In this document: positions 51,001 to 54,609 of the stretch, piece by piece
Layout: every line of letters starts with the position of its first letter
Numbering within the stretch: the first letter of the stretch is position 1
Assembly: GCA_963553475.1 (NCBI GenBank)
Contig: CAUVNT010000001.1
Location: 1-54,609, forward strand
Reading direction: 5' to 3'
Source of the DNA: an uncultured Candidatus Saccharibacteria bacterium
Lineage (GTDB): Bacteria > Patescibacteriota > Saccharimonadia > Saccharimonadales > Saccharimonadaceae
DNA length: 54,609 bases
The notes under the pieces: generated by a model
The model's input: the letters and a program-made list of their open reading frames with translations, nothing else
Told to the model about the DNA's origin: nothing
The model's database searches: none
Translations under genes and position numbers: made by a program

Positions 51001-51913
51001 TATTAAGGATAGCCTCCGGACATTCGTCGCCCCAGTGGTCAATGATATCCCTCGGATCAGTCAAATGCAGCTCAAAATCAGCCAGGCTCATGCGATTCTT
51101 ATCGCTTAAGAAAGAGCCCGTACCGATACAGAGTAGGATTTCGTGCGCCTGTTGACAGTCGTGAGTCAAGTAGTGCCCATCGCAGGTAATTACCAGAGGG
51201 ATGCCCAGTTCCCGGTTCATTCGCTTCAGCCCTTCGTTAATCCGGTTCTGGATCTCCCAGTGAGTATTGCTCTTCGGGTGACCATGATCCTGCATCTCTA
51301 AGTAAAAACGATCACCAAAGACTCCCCGATACCACTTCGCCAGCTCGACCGCCCTGTCATAATCACCGGTCTTTAGAGCACAGCTAATCTCGCTACTGGC
51401 ACAGCCCGATAGAACGATTAGTCCTTCATTGTATTTCTCCAAGATCTCGTGGTCAATCCGGGGCTTGTAGTACATTCCCTCCAGGTTGGCCAGACTGGAA
51501 AGCCGCATCATATTGTGCCATCCGGCCTTATTCATAGCCAGAATAGTCAGATGAAAACGCTGCTTGTCCTTTGCCGGATCACGATCTTTGCGCCCTCGGG
51601 TCGCCATATAAACCTCAATGCCGAGAACCGGCTTGACACCCGCCGCCTTCGCCTTTTTATAAAAAGTTAGATCGCCGCCCATGGTGCCGTGGTCGGTCAC
51701 TGCCACGGCCTCCATACCAAACTCTTTGACTTTACCGATGAGGTCATCTACCTTGGTCAATCCATCCAGCACGCTGTAAGTAGTATGGTTGTGCAAATGG
51801 ACGAAGTCACTCGGGGTAAACTTGTGCTTGCGTGCTTCCTCACGGCTAATGCAGATCGGCGGTACATCAGTCCGATCATCCTGCTTTTTCGTCTTTACTC
51901 CCTCCTGACTCAT
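48071..51913 (-). CDS. dnaE: DNA polymerase III alpha subunit
   Basis: HLHNHT.YS.LDG, GRGSAAGS, PDIDVD, FNKSHA. Confidence 0.98.
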   Translation of the reverse strand: MSQEGVKTKKQDDRTDVPPICISREEARKHKFTPSDFVHLHNHTTYSVLDGLTKVDDLIGKVKEFGMEAVAVTDHGTMGGDLTFYKKAKAAGVKPVLGIEVYMATRGRKDRDPAKDKQRFHLTILAMNKAGWHNMMRLSSLANLEGMYYKPRIDHEILEKYNEGLIVLSGCASSEISCALKTGDYDRAVELAKWYRGVFGDRFYLEMQDHGHPKSNTHWEIQNRINEGLKRMNRELGIPLVITCDGHYLTHDCQQAHEILLCIGTGSFLSDKNRMSLADFELHLTDPRDIIDHWGDECPEAILNTKLVAERCNVDIELGQVLIPKYPSLPKGDSEHSYFHKLVYQGLLVRYNGVSQAEAERLSVEQIKPMLSDEVRQRAELELSVIGSMGYEGYFLIVQDFINWGKSQGYVFGPGRGSAAGSIVSYAVRITDLDPLKYSLLFERFLNPDRISMPDIDVDMQDTCRDDVIDYCADKYGRDHVCNIVTFGTMASRSAVRDVARVLEVPYAESDRLSKLVPTGPQSAHIGTLREILQTDPDIKHEYETNPTAKRVYDFAAQLEGTIRSHGVHACGTVIAPEPLIDIIPLEMAQKGVITTQFSAPEVEDMGLLKMDFLGLSNLTIIDNCLRIVRKVYGDEVDLDNLQLDDEEAYKLLQRGETTGVFQLESAGMKRYLKELKPTCFDDIIAMVALYRPGPMQFIDSFIARKNGREPITYPHPTMEDQLKETYGVLVYQEQFMNISKAVCGFTGGEADTLRKAVAKKKADLMAKIKPKFIDGAVKTVGVERELMEKFWSQLEDFANYCFNKSHAACYALIAYWTAYLKAHYQDAFMAALMTSDSGDTERLTIEISECNRMGIDVLRPDINESFQEFAVVKGTRNIRFGLAGIKSVGSTAIDDIIKQRKKDGLFTSVEDFARRVNSRVCNRKVYESLIKAGAFDCFIDKSAPAGTYSGSRADLLFNLDSIIAFAQKSQKEADSGQGNLISMLEGDTKGVVSSLELSAAPKQTDAKEQLNWERELLGLYLSAHPLDAYDDFLNEKTNPTNSLSSDQDGGLATVGGLVSKNRTLVTKAGSKMAFLTIEDKFGEIEVVVFPKTFEANMPATINPSDVVLIKGRISGKDKEGNRLPDPSLVADSIQVVTDDVLSAYQPTGVPMSEVKAAPARSRRGGGSRQYQAKQVAESGRKYHSVATRASSPTTDMSLYDIVEADKPKVMYIHIKDPTDGKKLVAMREKVDQYQGEDQVILVLGESKKSAVRMPVRTSACAELESAVGSIFGADCVAIR

Positions 51914-52021
51914 CGCTAATTATTATAGCAAAATAATGCTTAATTTGTGGTGCTGCCGACCCTCCGGGGGCAACAAGAATAGACCCCTCTCCGGGGTCTA
52001 TCTAAGCTTAGCCGGTAGCTG

Positions 52022-52303
52022 CTAGTCGTCTAACTTGCTATCAATCTTATCGTCCAGCTCTTCTTTCTTCTGACCGAAGAACTTCTTGGCATCCCGCACT
52101 TTTTCACCGGCGAAAGCCTTAGCCTCACCAGCTTTGTCGCCGGCTGCCTTCTTGACTTCTCGAGCTTTACGAGCGACATCCTGCCGAGTCTCTTTACCTG
52201 ACTTTGGTGCCGTCAAGATACCGGCCACTACGCCCACGGCCGTACCGATAGCTGCCCCCAGGGCAAACTTGCCTGCGCCTGATGATTTCTTGTCACTGCT
52301 CAT
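52022..52303 (-). CDS. YtxH-domain protein
   Basis: GILTAPKSGKETR. Confidence 0.85.
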   Translation of the reverse strand: MSSDKKSSGAGKFALGAAIGTAVGVVAGILTAPKSGKETRQDVARKAREVKKAAGDKAGEAKAFAGEKVRDAKKFFGQKKEELDDKIDSKLDD

Positions 52304-52559
52304 CTTTTTTCCTCCTTTTACCGCTAAGATGGTTACGAATATATTTTACTACAATCTTGGCAATTATCGCCGGATTAGCCAACCGATTAAGCGTAGCGAA
52401 GAATGAACGCAGACTGTCACTGGCATCTTCGACGTTATTGGTAATGCGCTTGATCTGGATGGAGATCCGGATAGACAAGACTAGGAAGATGATACCTAGC
52501 ACCAGGAATATCGCCAGAAACACCGACAAGATCAGAACCAGTATTTGAAAGGCATCCAT
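52293..52559 (-). CDS. Small membrane-anchored hypothetical protein
   Basis: N-terminal TM; overlaps the YtxH gene. Confidence 0.7.
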   Translation of the reverse strand: MDAFQILVLILSVFLAIFLVLGIIFLVLSIRISIQIKRITNNVEDASDSLRSFFATLNRLANPAIIAKIVVKYIRNHLSGKRRKKDEQ

Positions 52560-52628
52560 ACATCTAATTTAGCACAAGCAGTTAACTAGTCAATAAAGCA
52601 TACTTCATCATGTGTTATAAATAGATTT

Positions 52629-54506
52629 TTAACGAGACAAGCCTTGATATCTAGCTCCGGTATTCGGGGCGGCTAGTCGATACTTCGATCCGGTCGAGCC
52701 GGTACCGCTAGTTGATCTCCTGGTGGCAGGTTTTCTGGTAGTATTATCAGCTCTTTTATCGCCGGACTTATCTTTATCCTTGTTGTCATTTTTGTTATCG
52801 GCCTGGTCATCGTCACCGTCCTTACCTTTGTCTTTATCGTCGTCAGGATTAATCGGATCGGTGTAAGTGAACAGCTGAGACAGCTTAGTCTCGTGATCTT
52901 CATCCTCGCTTAGAGTAACTTCGACGGCGCCGGAGTGATCACTAGCCGGTGTCAAGAGCTTGATCGAATCATCGCTTACTTCATAATCCGCCACCTCTTT
53001 ATCACCGAAGTGAATCGCTGTGACGTTAGATACTTTAGCAATTAGGCGGTTGCTAATTAGCTTCGGCTGATTAGTGTTGGCTAGGGCGTTAATACCGGGC
53101 AGGCCTTTCGCCGAGCCTCCCCAGGCATAGACGTTGCCCTCAGAATCAAGCGCATATGAGTAGCTCGCTATCTGACTGCCACCGGCACCGGCTGCCAGTA
53201 CCTGCTGGATGGTCACCTTGTCCTCAGTTCCGTCGGGTCGGTTCGGTTTCGTCGGCAGCGTAAACCGGTCAGTGATCTCGCTAATCTGATTCTGCCTGAT
53301 ATTTGACCCATTACCCAGCTGACCATAGTCATTAGACCCCCAGCTAAAGACTCTACCGTATTGCGACAGAGCTAATACCTGAGAGTTGCCGATACTAATC
53401 TGGCTAATCCGATCGTCCTTCTCTAGGAGCTCCTTAAACCGCTTGGTTAGTTCAATCGGCACACTAGAGAGCTTGTCACCACTGCTGTGATCAGCCGGAT
53501 TAGCCTTGTCGTCACCAATCCCCAGCATACCGGTCTGATGGTTACCCCAGATAAACAGCCTGTCATTCTTAGTCAAGATTGCCATGACGCCATTACCGGC
53601 CGCAACCTGGATCACCGTATCATCACCAAGTGACGGGATACTACCCGTGCCCGGCGAACTGATGTAGTAGGCCGACATCGCCGGATCAAGCTTGTTTGGT
53701 TCGCCTCGCCTTGATCGCCCCAGCTCACCGTGATCATTGCGACCCCAAGTTTGCAAATTGCCAACATTATCTAGACTGATTGCTGATCGGTTACCCGCTG
53801 CCAACAGCTTGATATTATCTCCCAGCCAAGCCGCCTCAACCGGAGCAGTCTTGTCGGCGTATTTTCGGTTAGTATCACCATCGATATAATCTTGCACCTC
53901 ACCCCAGACGTAGATATAACCTTGGTCGGTCAGAGCGTAAGCTGTATTAGCACCGGCAGTAATAAACCTAATGAAATCACCTTGACGCAGAGTGAATTTG
54001 TCAGTGATCTCGACCGGTTGATTCCGATCTTGACGACTCTCACCACCTTGCCCTAGCTGACCCCTATCATTGTGGCCCCAGGCAAAAACCCGGTGCTTCT
54101 GACTAATAGCGTACGAACTATAGTCGCCAGCCGCAACCGCTTCGACTCGATCACTCGCCTCTAAGTTTAGCTTAGCTGTCACATCGACGGGCTGAACTGT
54201 ATAGCCAATTACTTTCCTGCTACCCAACTGACCGTACGTATTACTACCGACCGCCCAGATATGACCACTCTGTGACAAGAGTAAAGCGTGCTCGACGCCC
54301 GCCGCTACATCAACGAACTTCTCGCTCTCTTCTCTAATGAAGTCTTTACCCTTGATCACTACCGGCGTGCCACCGCTAGTCGAGCCACTGGTCGGCATCA
54401 TCGTCTCTACTGAGAATGCTCTTGCCGGGACCGACAGAAAGCACAGAACTCCCGCCAGCACAAAAGTAAGCTGACGAGCTAAGTGGTGGATACGGTGGAT
54501 GATCAT
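52629..54506 (-). CDS. Secreted RCC1-repeat / IPT-TIG surface protein
   Basis: Signal peptide; repeated WG.N..GQLG motifs; split IPT/TIG domain; APNTG near the C-terminus. Confidence 0.85.
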   Translation of the reverse strand: MIIHRIHHLARQLTFVLAGVLCFLSVPARAFSVETMMPTSGSTSGGTPVVIKGKDFIREESEKFVDVAAGVEHALLLSQSGHIWAVGSNTYGQLGSRKVIGYTVQPVDVTAKLNLEASDRVEAVAAGDYSSYAISQKHRVFAWGHNDRGQLGQGGESRQDRNQPVEITDKFTLRQGDFIRFITAGANTAYALTDQGYIYVWGEVQDYIDGDTNRKYADKTAPVEAAWLGDNIKLLAAGNRSAISLDNVGNLQTWGRNDHGELGRSRRGEPNKLDPAMSAYYISSPGTGSIPSLGDDTVIQVAAGNGVMAILTKNDRLFIWGNHQTGMLGIGDDKANPADHSSGDKLSSVPIELTKRFKELLEKDDRISQISIGNSQVLALSQYGRVFSWGSNDYGQLGNGSNIRQNQISEITDRFTLPTKPNRPDGTEDKVTIQQVLAAGAGGSQIASYSYALDSEGNVYAWGGSAKGLPGINALANTNQPKLISNRLIAKVSNVTAIHFGDKEVADYEVSDDSIKLLTPASDHSGAVEVTLSEDEDHETKLSQLFTYTDPINPDDDKDKGKDGDDDQADNKNDNKDKDKSGDKRADNTTRKPATRRSTSGTGSTGSKYRLAAPNTGARYQGLSR

Positions 54507-54609
54507 GTACTTACCTAATAAATTAACACAAGCATATCGGAGCTGGCAAGTAGCTGTTAATAGACAACTAATTTTAAACTCTTTTCTTAGAGCCATAGAC
54601 AAATCTTCT

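Overview
The window looks like chromosomal DNA from a Saccharibacteria (TM7/CPR)-type bacterium. This is inferred from the compact gene set, a split transketolase, an HTH-MurA fusion, a membrane-anchored Clp ATPase, a sigma70-r4/HARE-HTH protein and many apparently leaderless genes. Housekeeping content: uvrC, uvrB, uvrA, secG, dnaE, ldh, yebC, comEC, murT/gatD, an L,D-transpeptidase, a heterodimeric ABC exporter, four tRNAs (Ile2/Met-CAT, His, Pro, Lys) and two RCC1-repeat surface proteins. The most unusual accessory content is: (1) three copies of a conserved expression frame (TTGACA / G-tract spacer / extended -10, a covarying structured leader hiding the SD, a variable ORF and a terminator), each carrying an unrelated ORF; (2) an AAA/DUF4143 ATPase-nuclease gene between two of these cassettes, flanked by identical 41-bp direct repeats; (3) a modular, highly structured non-coding element present twice (14.1-14.4 kb and 33.2-33.9 kb); (4) a giant ~1585-aa gene with a C-terminal class I nucleotidyltransferase domain, split by a 7-bp tandem duplication; (5) a tRNA-His island with att-like repeats, CYTH, a MoaA-like radical SAM enzyme and an AbrB-Doc toxin-antitoxin pair. 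All product calls come from motif recognition by eye; no database searches were run.
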